This document shows positions 55,396 to 64,000 of a stretch of 64,000 nt of DNA, in pieces. Both the position numbers and the translations under genes were made by a program. The number at the start of each line of letters is the position of its first letter. Position 1 is the stretch's first letter. The stretch is taken from positions 64,001-128,000 of IMG/VR virus record IMGVR_UViG_3300027708_000025; one strand, 5' to 3'. Source of the stretch: a virus. The notes under the pieces were generated by a model that was not told the origin of the DNA, did not search any database, and saw nothing but the letters and a program-made list of their open reading frames with translations.

Positions 55396-57037
55396 CTTTA
55401 GCCTCTTCAACTAATGTGCCAAAAAATGCAGTCATAGATTTAGCTAATTCTTTTTGATCCGCATCATCAATTTCTCTTGCGGCTTCTTCTTTTTTTACGC
55501 TAACAACAAGTTGTTGTGGTGGCGGCGCAGGTGGTGGAGAAGGTGGCAATTCTTCTGAAGACATACCATCTTCATCCATATTTGCCTTGTCTTCTTCCAT
55601 CTCTTCATCCATTTGCTTAATATCATCTTCACTCTGATGTAGAATGTTTGTTCTGATATATTTTACAGAGAAGTATTTACCAACATATCCATCAATGTCA
55701 GAAAGAATGCCTAAACGTTCTTTCATAATTTCAACGTTCTTTAGTTCTGCAAAATGTGCGTCTGATTGATAGTCATAACTAATTTCTTCTTTCATTTGAT
55801 CCCATTCTTTACGGGTACAAACGCCTTTAAGAAGAAGCTGTGTCTCAAGCATTTTATCAAATAGGATAGAGAATCTTAAACGCAAACGTGAAATGAATTT
55901 ACCAAATTTCAATTCATCTCTAGTAATTTCTGAAGCACGTCCTAAAGAGAATCCTGTGTCGGCCTCTAAACGTGAAACTGGAACATTCAATGACTTAAAC
56001 ATTTTCTTTTGAAAGTACAATACGTCATCAATCTCTCCAAGATTCTGGCCACCTGATAGTGTAGTAATCTCTGTACCTTTACCACCTTCTCTACGTGGCA
56101 ACCAAAAGTCTTCAAGCATTGTCTGATAGCGTCTATCGTCACGAATCTCACCAGTGTTTGCATCATACACTAGTTTGTTTTTATACTTCTGCATGATTTC
56201 ACGTAAGTATTGCTCTGCCTTCATCTTAGGCAAGTTACCTACGTCAATGTAAAAGATTCTACGTTCTGGTGCTCTTGAAATACGATAGATAACTGTCGCA
56301 TCTTCAAGCATACGTAATTGATTGAGTGGTTTGATTGCTTTGTGTAGATGTGAAACAATAATCTTACCATCTTTGTCTGAGATGCCAGAGTTTGCATAGC
56401 AAATTGCATCTACTGCAATCTTAATGCCCTGTGCGCCATCTCTAGAAAAACCTTTATCTGAATAGATAAAATATTCATGGAATTTTTGTGTCGTGTTTGC
56501 TATTCCTGGATTATTAGGTTGTTTCTTATCTTCACGCACTTTACGAATTTTACGTGGGTCAATGTAACGAACTTCTTTTAATCCTGCTCTAGGATTTTTA
56601 TCGTCAATCAACATGTGATAGTACAAACGTCCATCAACATACCATCTACGGAAAATATCGTAGCCTTGATTGTTGAAGTCAAGTAGTTTCATTATGTAAT
56701 AGAACTCATCACGAATCTTTTTCTTGATTGATTCGGGTTGCTGGAGTTTATCTAAAATAATTTGAACTGGATAATCACCATCTTCAAAGACTAGTGCTTC
56801 GTTAACAATGTCTTCAATTGCGGCATCGCATTCTGGTTGAAGTGCCATCTCACGATATTTTTTAATTAAATCGGCATCGCTTCTAATCTGACCTTCAAGG
56901 TCCATGTATGTTCCATATACACCACCACCAGAAATTGATACTGCCGCATCATCATCGGTAGGTGTGACAAACGATTTTAACTGTTCTGATTCAACATCAT
57001 CCTTACCAATTTTATATCCAAAAAGTTTTATCGCCAT
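55376..57037 (-). CDS. 20: Portal protein gp20
   Basis: WYVDGR, YRISRAPERRIFYIDVGNLP, EDFWLPRREGGKGTEI. Confidence 0.98.
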   Translation of the reverse strand: MAIKLFGYKIGKDDVESEQLKSFVTPTDDDAAVSISGGGVYGTYMDLEGQIRSDADLIKKYREMALQPECDAAIEDIVNEALVFEDGDYPVQIILDKLQQPESIKKKIRDEFYYIMKLLDFNNQGYDIFRRWYVDGRLYYHMLIDDKNPRAGLKEVRYIDPRKIRKVREDKKQPNNPGIANTTQKFHEYFIYSDKGFSRDGAQGIKIAVDAICYANSGISDKDGKIIVSHLHKAIKPLNQLRMLEDATVIYRISRAPERRIFYIDVGNLPKMKAEQYLREIMQKYKNKLVYDANTGEIRDDRRYQTMLEDFWLPRREGGKGTEITTLSGGQNLGEIDDVLYFQKKMFKSLNVPVSRLEADTGFSLGRASEITRDELKFGKFISRLRLRFSILFDKMLETQLLLKGVCTRKEWDQMKEEISYDYQSDAHFAELKNVEIMKERLGILSDIDGYVGKYFSVKYIRTNILHQSEDDIKQMDEEMEEDKANMDEDGMSSEELPPSPPPAPPPQQLVVSVKKEEAAREIDDADQKELAKSMTAFFGTLVEEAKGDKEGN

Positions 57038-57051
57038 ATTTGAGTCTCTCT

Positions 57052-57082
57052 AAAAAGAAATGGGGGCGTAATAGCCCCCATT
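57052..57082 (-). terminator. Intrinsic terminator after tail tube genes
   Basis: AATGGGGGC-6nt-GCCCCCATT + TCTTTTT. Confidence 0.8.
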
Positions 57083-57138
57083 ATTGACAACTATTACGCA
57101 ATTATTTATGTTGCGTAAAATTCATTATTTAAGTCTTT

Positions 57139-57777
57139 TTATACTTTGGCTGGCGTTTTGGCAGCCGTTGTGCCTTTTACATTACTCGCTGAAGCCGCAC
57201 TAGAAACACCAGCACTAGGTTCGCTGGCATTAGTACCGGATTCAGAAGTGCCACCAACATCCAAATAGTGATATTGGAAAGTAACAGTAAACTCTTGAAC
57301 TGCATCTGTAGTATCGTAAGACAAATCAATAGCAGAAACATCAGTTGGAAATGCATCGTACAATTCATACACTCTAGAAACTGTGCCGTCTGGTCTCAAT
57401 TGCTGAACGGTAATCTTGCAACGATATGAATTTGTTCCGTCTCTTAGTGAATTCTCACCATTAACATCGATGATGCTGTTTAACCAATTATCAAAAGATT
57501 TACGAACGTTTTGTGCGTCATCGTTAACAATTGTTGCTGTCCAATCTGCATATGTTCTATCTCCAGGAACTTTAATTCGTCTTCCTCTAAATGGAACTTC
57601 AATCACACCCAATGTAAATGCTGGAATTGCACCAGACTTACATAGGATGGAAAGATTGCTTAAGTCAACGCCAGCTATATTTTCTTCCGGTTCAATTTGA
57701 ATTCGGAATAAATTTGCTTTTGAACCGCCATTTAGTTTTGATCTAAATGTATTGATATTGAAAAATTCGTTTGCCAT
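57139..57777 (-). CDS. 19: Tail tube protein gp19 paralog 2
   Basis: IEVPFRGRRIKVPGDRTYADW, FPTDVSAIDLSYD; Ser/Ala-rich C-terminal tail. Confidence 0.9.
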   Translation of the reverse strand: MANEFFNINTFRSKLNGGSKANLFRIQIEPEENIAGVDLSNLSILCKSGAIPAFTLGVIEVPFRGRRIKVPGDRTYADWTATIVNDDAQNVRKSFDNWLNSIIDVNGENSLRDGTNSYRCKITVQQLRPDGTVSRVYELYDAFPTDVSAIDLSYDTTDAVQEFTVTFQYHYLDVGGTSESGTNASEPSAGVSSAASASNVKGTTAAKTPAKV

Positions 57778-57787
57778 TTTTTATTCC

Positions 57788-58315
57788 TTATTCGAATGTA
57801 AAGTAGTCATAAGACCAAGTTACAGTAAACTCTTCAAGCGTATCTGTAGAGTCATACGATAAGTCAATTGTACTAACATCACTAGGCCAGCAGTTAACTA
57901 GCGTGTATGAATAAACTACGTCACCTGCTTGATTAAGCTGTTCAACTAAAATAGATGAGAAATCTGTTGCATCTCCTCCAGTTAATGTTTTAGCTGTTTC
58001 TGAGTTGTAGTCTGTAGTACCATATTGTTTTTGTAAGTCTTCTAACGCTTCTCTGATTCTGTGATTAGAATCATTGATAACTGTTGTTGTCCAGTCAGCA
58101 AATGTTCTGTCTCCAGCCGCTTTGAATCGTCTACCGGCTGCAAATGGAACTTCAATAACACCTACTGTGGAGCCTGGAAGTTGAGCGGCTTTGCACAAGT
58201 AAGTGAAATCTTCATTCAAATCATTAGATAGTCCAGATAGAGTAACTCTAAACAAATTTGAACGGGCGCCCGTTTTAAGAACGTCCTTCAAATTTTGAAT
58301 TGTTGTAATTGCCAT
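57788..58315 (-). CDS. 19: Tail tube protein gp19 paralog 1
   Basis: GARSNLF, CKAAQLPGS, AGDRTFADW, WPSDVSTIDLSYD. Confidence 0.92.
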   Translation of the reverse strand: MAITTIQNLKDVLKTGARSNLFRVTLSGLSNDLNEDFTYLCKAAQLPGSTVGVIEVPFAAGRRFKAAGDRTFADWTTTVINDSNHRIREALEDLQKQYGTTDYNSETAKTLTGGDATDFSSILVEQLNQAGDVVYSYTLVNCWPSDVSTIDLSYDSTDTLEEFTVTWSYDYFTFE

Positions 58316-58343
58316 ATAATTCTCCTTGTTTATTCTCTAGTAT

Positions 58344-60233
58344 TTATGCGGCAATTTCAGCAAATGTGGCGGTACCTCTTACAGAGACAAAGTTAAGTTG
58401 AATGAAGTTGACAGAACGAATTGGTTGTACGAAAATATCGCAAACAAATTCATTGGCATTTACTACATCTTCTGGATTATTTGTTTCATCACAAACAACT
58501 CTGAATGCTGTAATACCTCTTCTAGACTGAACGCTTCTCAAGTAAGGAACAACTAGACTTACAAAACCGCTTCTTGTTATTGCATCGTTTTGGTCAAACA
58601 ATACATTGTCTGCGGCTTGTCCAATTGTTCTTTGCAATTCAATAAACAATCTACGAACATTAACACGATTCATTGATGTGTTCTTCAATGTGAATGTCTT
58701 GTCACCAAACAATACTGTGCCACGACCAATTTGTGTGATAATTGGATTGATGGCTGCCTTGTACAATGTGTCTCTGTCAGCTTGTGTTGGATTGTATGCT
58801 AAACGAACTAAGTTTTGAATACGACCATTTTGGAAACCAGCTGGAGACAACCATGGTTCACGATTCAAATCGTTACGTGCCATACAACCTGCTGTGTCAG
58901 CATTCAACGGAACATAAACATATACGTCATTGTATTTGTCGTACTGATATTTCCAACCGCTGTCCGCAACTGCGTATGTTGAGCGTGAAACTGTGTCTGC
59001 CCATGTGCTAATAGCAGATGCTTCAGAACCAGCATTGCTAACAACGTTTGCTCTCAATGGAGAGATACAAACAACAGCATCTTTTCTAGTTTCGGCAACA
59101 TCAGCTATAATTCTATTTACTACTGTAGCAGTTGCTTGACCAGCTACAATAATAGATGTTGGAACCTCTTGTTTGTTTGAAAGCAATACATAAGATGTTG
59201 ATCTGTCGCCATCTGTCAATGCGTTACCATCAGAACCACCAGCTAAAGAATATGCTTTAGGTGTCGTTACTGCTGTGTAAGTTGTGGCAGACAATGTGTT
59301 ACCCCAATTAGAGCCAGCATTGTCATGTGCAGTCCACCAAACGTAGTTAGAACGATCATTAACTACATCTTTGTAGTAATTGCTACCACCACTATCCGCT
59401 TTAGCATTAGAACCTTTAGAGAGATAACCAAATTTCTCTAAAACTGTATTTGCTGTACCAGTAATTTCACCTGTTCTGTCTTGAACAACAACGTGCAATT
59501 CATCGCCAGATGCGCCTGCGGCTGTTCCGGCTGTAGATGTTCCTGGTGCAGAATCAAATTCACCAAAGAATTCCCAACGGCGTGTTCCTGAAACAGCAGT
59601 AGCACCAGTTAAGTGTGCAGACTCTAATGTAAATGATGTTGCATTAGCAATCGCAACAACTTTAGTTGAACGACCAGACAATACAATAAAATCACCAACT
59701 TGCATTTGTGTATTTGCAAGACTTCCTGAACCGGTAACTGTTGTAGAACCTGCTGTTACAGTAAATGTTCCAGTTAATGTGTTAGAATAAGCCGCTGAAC
59801 TTGGGCAAACAGAAACTTTAACTGCGTTTCCTAATGCACCAGAATAGCGAGCCGCCCATGGACCAACGTTCCAAGATGCTGTATTAATGTATGCATCATC
59901 ATTCTTAATAGCTGTACCAGTACCTGCTGTGCCTGAACCAGTTGTTGCTTCTGCTGTAGCATTCAACGCTGTGTTTGCACTACGAACAATATACAATGAA
60001 CCAGAATAACCTAAAAAGTTAGCGGCTGTTAAAAAGTCAACTACGTTAGTTGCATTTGGTTTACCAAATCTAGTAACTAAATCGGTTTCGTTTGTAACTT
60101 GTACTGCTTTATCGATAGGACCCCAACGGAATTGACCAGCAAATGCGCCAGATGTTGTAGATACCGACTGTGAGGAAGACACCAAATCTGTTTCGGTGAT
60201 CTTGATTCCTGGTGAAATTAGACTTATAGCCAT
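58344..60233 (-). CDS. 18: Tail sheath protein gp18
   Basis: SPGI...E.D, FRWGP, YDKYND, PWLSPAG..NG, RVNVRRLF. Confidence 0.97.
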   Translation of the reverse strand: MAISLISPGIKITETDLVSSSQSVSTTSGAFAGQFRWGPIDKAVQVTNETDLVTRFGKPNATNVVDFLTAANFLGYSGSLYIVRSANTALNATAEATTGSGTAGTGTAIKNDDAYINTASWNVGPWAARYSGALGNAVKVSVCPSSAAYSNTLTGTFTVTAGSTTVTGSGSLANTQMQVGDFIVLSGRSTKVVAIANATSFTLESAHLTGATAVSGTRRWEFFGEFDSAPGTSTAGTAAGASGDELHVVVQDRTGEITGTANTVLEKFGYLSKGSNAKADSGGSNYYKDVVNDRSNYVWWTAHDNAGSNWGNTLSATTYTAVTTPKAYSLAGGSDGNALTDGDRSTSYVLLSNKQEVPTSIIVAGQATATVVNRIIADVAETRKDAVVCISPLRANVVSNAGSEASAISTWADTVSRSTYAVADSGWKYQYDKYNDVYVYVPLNADTAGCMARNDLNREPWLSPAGFQNGRIQNLVRLAYNPTQADRDTLYKAAINPIITQIGRGTVLFGDKTFTLKNTSMNRVNVRRLFIELQRTIGQAADNVLFDQNDAITRSGFVSLVVPYLRSVQSRRGITAFRVVCDETNNPEDVVNANEFVCDIFVQPIRSVNFIQLNFVSVRGTATFAEIAA

Positions 60234-60281
60234 TGAATTCTCCTTGTTATAATGATGTTTTGTTGTTAGGTTTGTTTAATT

Positions 60282-60289
60282 TATTTATA
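60282..60289 (-). promoter_or_regulatory. T4-type late promoter (gp18)
   Basis: TATAAATA. Confidence 0.8.
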
Positions 60290-61913
60290 AAAAATCAGAT
60301 TTGTGATAATTCTCTACCTGCCAAACCTGTCCACTCACATCAACTAATTGATTCTCTTCTTCTCCATTATTTATGAAGCCAAAAGGAGTAATTTCCTCTT
60401 CAATCATTTTGATTCTTGCTTCGTACAATTCTTTTCGTATATTAATGTTAGTTAACTCTTTGAAATAAGAGTTTGTTGTCAACCACGAAAATAACACTAA
60501 AGGCATAACTAAGTCATCGTGATATCCCTCATCAGCAGAGTAACTGTTTCTTTTTTCAATGAACGTTGAAATTTCTGCTATAGTGTCAGCATCTGTAATG
60601 ATAAGTTTTTTTTCTTCAACCATTGATTTAAAGTTAGAACATCCGATGCGTTTAACTTTCTTGTCTGTAATAACACCTAGTTGTGTCTTACCCCCACCAA
60701 ATCCCCCATTGACAACTTGCCCTTGAGGTGTTCTAGAAACGGATATGATATTCTCATATTCGTATTCCGCATAAAGAATCTCTGCAACTTGTTCTGAAGA
60801 ATTGATTTCAATTAGAACGTATGCTTCATTGTATTCTTTACCTATTCTGTAAAGTACTGATGGATATAAAAGTGGGCTGATTTGATTGTTTCTGTATTTG
60901 CCTACAATTTTATATGGCATCTGAGTTATGTCAATAATCTGAAATGCTGAATAGTCACCACCGACACCTTTAGCGGTGTCTGCAACAATACAATACGCAT
61001 GATCTTTTTCTACCTTCTCATATATATCTAACCCATCTTTTTGATACATGATAGGTTTAGCAGACATTTGTGCAATAGAGTCTGAAGCAATGAGTGTCAA
61101 ACTAGAACCTAAGAAGTTACATAGCACTTCTTGATTGAACTTTAATTCACCAAGTAATCTTCGCTGTTCAGTCGCCCATGCTTCGTCACGTCCAGGAATC
61201 TCCCAATAGGGAATAAACAAATTGACAAATCCATTTCTGTCGCTCTCTGCATCATTCCAAAACTTCCAGAAATGATTGTATCCTAGAGGGGTAGAACTTA
61301 GCAAAATCTTTGTTGTTTCACCAGCAGAAATCGTAGGATAAACTGAGGTGAAGAATTGTTCTGCTACATTGTTCGGTATGATAGCGGCTTCGTCAACATA
61401 CAATAAGTTAACTGATTTACCACGAATACCTGATGCGCTTGTTGCGGCTGTGAATACGATTGACCCATTCTCTAAAGCAATGTCACCTTTGTTCCATGTG
61501 GTGACACCTTGCTGAAGCCACGTAGGAAGATTCTCATACATGATTTGATAACGATATAAAACCTCTCTAGCGGCAGTCGCTTTGTTTGCTAGAATTGCTA
61601 CAGTCTTGCTTCCTTGAAACAATGTGTACCAAAGAATATATGCGGCTGAAGTTGTTGTTTTGCCTTGTTGGCGCCCTTCCATAAGAATAACTTTACGATT
61701 CTCATGGATGATTTTTACTTTATTCTTTTGACAATCATAAAGTTTGAATGGCTGAAGCCCGTGATCTAGCGTGACAATCTTACAATAACTTTCTATGAAG
61801 TATATCGGATCGTCAGCGCATTTCAAGTATTCTTCAATTTCGTCTTTTGTGAAATTTAATGGAACACCAGATGCTTTTAAAAGAGAATTTCCTAGATAGG
61901 ATTTTGCTGTCAT
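60285..61913 (-). CDS. 17: Terminase large subunit gp17
   Basis: GRQQGKTT, YVDEAA, SSTPLG, DTAKGVGGDYS, HDDLVM. Confidence 0.97.
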   Translation of the reverse strand: MTAKSYLGNSLLKASGVPLNFTKDEIEEYLKCADDPIYFIESYCKIVTLDHGLQPFKLYDCQKNKVKIIHENRKVILMEGRQQGKTTTSAAYILWYTLFQGSKTVAILANKATAAREVLYRYQIMYENLPTWLQQGVTTWNKGDIALENGSIVFTAATSASGIRGKSVNLLYVDEAAIIPNNVAEQFFTSVYPTISAGETTKILLSSTPLGYNHFWKFWNDAESDRNGFVNLFIPYWEIPGRDEAWATEQRRLLGELKFNQEVLCNFLGSSLTLIASDSIAQMSAKPIMYQKDGLDIYEKVEKDHAYCIVADTAKGVGGDYSAFQIIDITQMPYKIVGKYRNNQISPLLYPSVLYRIGKEYNEAYVLIEINSSEQVAEILYAEYEYENIISVSRTPQGQVVNGGFGGGKTQLGVITDKKVKRIGCSNFKSMVEEKKLIITDADTIAEISTFIEKRNSYSADEGYHDDLVMPLVLFSWLTTNSYFKELTNINIRKELYEARIKMIEEEITPFGFINNGEEENQLVDVSGQVWQVENYHKSDFL

Positions 61914-62335
61914 CTCTTACCAATTAGTTTTTGTAATTCTGCTGTGCTACCAACAAACAATGCATTAGTGACATGCTGTGGTTGTTGTGTGTCATCTTTT
62001 TTAGATTTCAAGTCTTTTACTTTTTTACCTAAGTCTAACAAATCTTTGTTAGTGTCTGACAATGTTTTAATCAATTGTCCAACAACTTCATATGCTCTTG
62101 GTGATTCGCCTTCTTTAGCTAAAAAGATAATGTTTTCCATAGCAACTTTGCCTTGCTCAATGAATAGCTTTAGATTCTCTCTCGCATATTCATAGTCAGC
62201 ATCAATAGATTCATCATTTGGTGCGCCAGTAGTTTCTTTTGGTTGTTCTACTACTACAGGTACCGATGCTTGTTCAACAATCTTACCTTGCACATCAAAA
62301 ATGTCATTCAATTTATCATTAACAGATTTTTTCAT
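61910..62335 (-). CDS. 16: Terminase small subunit gp16
   Basis: DYEYARENL, SPRAYEV, NALFVGSTAELQK. Confidence 0.95.
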   Translation of the reverse strand: MKKSVNDKLNDIFDVQGKIVEQASVPVVVEQPKETTGAPNDESIDADYEYARENLKLFIEQGKVAMENIIFLAKEGESPRAYEVVGQLIKTLSDTNKDLLDLGKKVKDLKSKKDDTQQPQHVTNALFVGSTAELQKLIGKR

Positions 62336-63072
62336 GTATTATTTGTAATTGTTTCACTAACGTTAAATTCGGAATCACCACTAAATGACTGTATATTTAT
62401 GATGTTAGAATTAATCCCATTTGTTACTGAAGTGTTAACATCTGCATTCGAAATATATTTGAACTTTATGCTAGGTCCAAATAGATATCCTTTGACAGTA
62501 AAGTCCATCTGCCACGAAAGGACTCTACGTCCATCAAAATCGCCTTCATATGAATCATCGACACTTACGTTGGTTAATTCAATTGGTACGTCCATGTTAA
62601 TTCCTAATTCAGGAATAAGTTTCATTGTAACAATCCAATCTGGTGTAAAAAATGGAATAATTTGTTCTACAATTTGCGTACCATCTTCTGCATATCGAAC
62701 CAATGCATATAAAGAAAAGTTGATATCATATGGAACTGGTGTGTAAGTATAACTAAAATCATTACCTCCAGTATTGAGTCCTTTTACGGTCTTATGTGCG
62801 CTATTTAATTTTCTTTGTGGTGCATATGTGATGCTGGTAAACTCAAACCCCATTCTAGGAAGAGTAACAGCAAGTGGACGATTCAATGTTGGATCGGCTA
62901 AAACACGTTGAACAAATTTTTGTTTAGGCGAATATTCAATAGGAACGCTGATTGTTTGTTGTTTATTTCCATCGCTATCATATCTTTCGACTTGAATTTC
63001 ATTAAACAAGTTTCCAAACATAACGACATAGCGCCTTAAAGTGCCGTGATAAAAATCGTGACCGAACATCAT
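62332..63072 (-). CDS. 15: Tail sheath stabilizer/completion gp15
   Basis: FYHGTLRRYVVMFGNLFN, LPRMGFE, QIVEQIIPFF.P. Confidence 0.95.
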   Translation of the reverse strand: MMFGHDFYHGTLRRYVVMFGNLFNEIQVERYDSDGNKQQTISVPIEYSPKQKFVQRVLADPTLNRPLAVTLPRMGFEFTSITYAPQRKLNSAHKTVKGLNTGGNDFSYTYTPVPYDINFSLYALVRYAEDGTQIVEQIIPFFTPDWIVTMKLIPELGINMDVPIELTNVSVDDSYEGDFDGRRVLSWQMDFTVKGYLFGPSIKFKYISNADVNTSVTNGINSNIINIQSFSGDSEFNVSETITNNT

Positions 63073-63074
63073 AG

Positions 63075-63890
63075 TTAATAAGTCCTTGTAAGTGCAAATG
63101 GATTTTGTTCAGAGAAGTCGAGAATATCACCGTCAATGATTTTCTGTCCAATTATTTCGTTGTCCGCAGCCACCTCAAATGGTATGATTGTATCTCCTTC
63201 TGCAAGGAGTCTAGTGCCATCTTCTAAAGCAAAAATACTGTTATCTACTTCATCTAATAGTTTTTCAATATTATCAGTAGAAAGACTGTATTGATCTTCG
63301 ATTGCATCGATCTCTGCAACACCAGTATCAAGTTTTTCGCTAGAGTATTCAAATCTATCACAACGCATTTCGAATGTGTATACGTCACCTAACTGATAAA
63401 AATTTTCAATGTTCTCTGCAAATTTAATTTCGTACATATAACCAAGCAAAGGAATCCAAATTAAGTCTCCCTCTCTTGGTCTTAAAATATCTGTGTAGTC
63501 ATATGTTTGCATATCTATGAGATATCCATCATCTTCAAGTCGAATATTGTATCCATACTCAGTATTGATTAGTGGCTTGAGTGATTCAATGAATCTGTGC
63601 TGTGCAACAAGAAACGTAATCGATTCATCAATCTGAAGACCAAATTTAGATAAGAAATCTTCTTGTCCTTGAAAGCCATCATAACTCTTGACATACATTT
63701 CCATAGACAATGCATCTTCATATTTTACTAATCCATCTTCACCATAAATTTTATCCAAGTTAACTTGTGTTCTTGGGATGTAATATCCATCTATACCATA
63801 AATTTTTATAGCTTCAGAGACTAAACTGTGGATTAGATTCTGCTCTTGTTTTACAAAAGCATACTGATTAAAATAACGATTACGTGCCAT
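63075..63890 (-). CDS. 14: Neck protein gp14
   Basis: EAIKIYG..YYIPR, SKFGLQI, RPREGDLI, FYQLG, FSEQNPF. Confidence 0.95.
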   Translation of the reverse strand: MARNRYFNQYAFVKQEQNLIHSLVSEAIKIYGIDGYYIPRTQVNLDKIYGEDGLVKYEDALSMEMYVKSYDGFQGQEDFLSKFGLQIDESITFLVAQHRFIESLKPLINTEYGYNIRLEDDGYLIDMQTYDYTDILRPREGDLIWIPLLGYMYEIKFAENIENFYQLGDVYTFEMRCDRFEYSSEKLDTGVAEIDAIEDQYSLSTDNIEKLLDEVDNSIFALEDGTRLLAEGDTIIPFEVAADNEIIGQKIIDGDILDFSEQNPFALTRTY

Positions 63891-63892
63891 GA

Positions 63893-64000
63893 TTACCCTA
63901 GCATGTCAGTAACAGGTAAAGAATACGAACTAATCATTTCAGCTTCTATAGCTTGAATTTCGTCTGTAGCTTCATCCCATATCTTCTGCCCATTGAACGT
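63893..64000 (-). CDS. 13: Neck protein gp13, C-terminal fragment
   Basis: ...TFNGQKIWDEATDEIQAIEAEMISSYSLPVTDMLG*; synteny 13-14-15. Confidence 0.85.
   Translation of the reverse strand, partial: TFNGQKIWDEATDEIQAIEAEMISSYSLPVTDMLG

Noticed and set aside
1529-61913. Introns or inteins in nrdA, gp41, uvsX, gp43, gp17
   Set aside because: All are uninterrupted, of ordinary length, and lack intein splice motifs
333-62746. All plus-strand ORFs in the track (e.g. 12202-12720, 49355-49915, 53579-54127, 62243-62746)
   Set aside because: They are antisense shadows of well-supported minus-strand genes, with no motifs or RBS and composition mirroring the opposite-strand codons
1-64000. tRNA genes, CRISPR arrays, IS elements, integrase
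   Set aside because: Intergenic gaps are short; none shows a cloverleaf, repeat-spacer periodicity or transposase/integrase motifs
1-64000. Stop-codon reassignment
   Set aside because: Core genes are full length in the standard code, and TAA, TGA and TAG all terminate genes at expected positions

Overview
This 64-kb window comes from a large, AT-rich T4-like myovirus, and every credible gene is on the minus strand. It holds the neck/tail/head block (gp13-gp23, gp3, two gp19 paralogs) and the recombination, replication and late-transcription core (uvsY, uvsW, gp55, gp47/46, gp45/44/62, regA, gp43, uvsX, gp41, gp61, nrdA/B, thioredoxin). Host-like auxiliary genes include iscU, erpA/iscA, dps, hsp20 and peptide deformylase. 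The spanins point to a Gram-negative host, probably a betaproteobacterium. Four features stand out. (1) An ~11-kb late-promoter island lies between helicase and primase. Several of its proteins start with T4 internal-protein-like capsid-targeting leaders and are punctuated by prohead-protease-like (I/L)-x-E sites. They carry an HxGH nucleotidyltransferase, a KxDG ligase-like enzyme, a PD-(D/E)xK-like nuclease and a RelE/BECR-like domain, making this a candidate virion-packaged, protease-released enzyme cargo system. (2) A tight cluster of AspH-type oxygenase, PLP-type enzyme, dCMP deaminase and SPPY methyltransferase may encode a new DNA or virion modification. (3) A ROSE-like RNA thermometer leader precedes hsp20, which is followed by three translationally coupled micro-ORFs. 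(4) An 18-bp palindrome is repeated upstream of three consecutive sigma70-type promoters. All functional calls come from motif and synteny recognition; no database searches were run.
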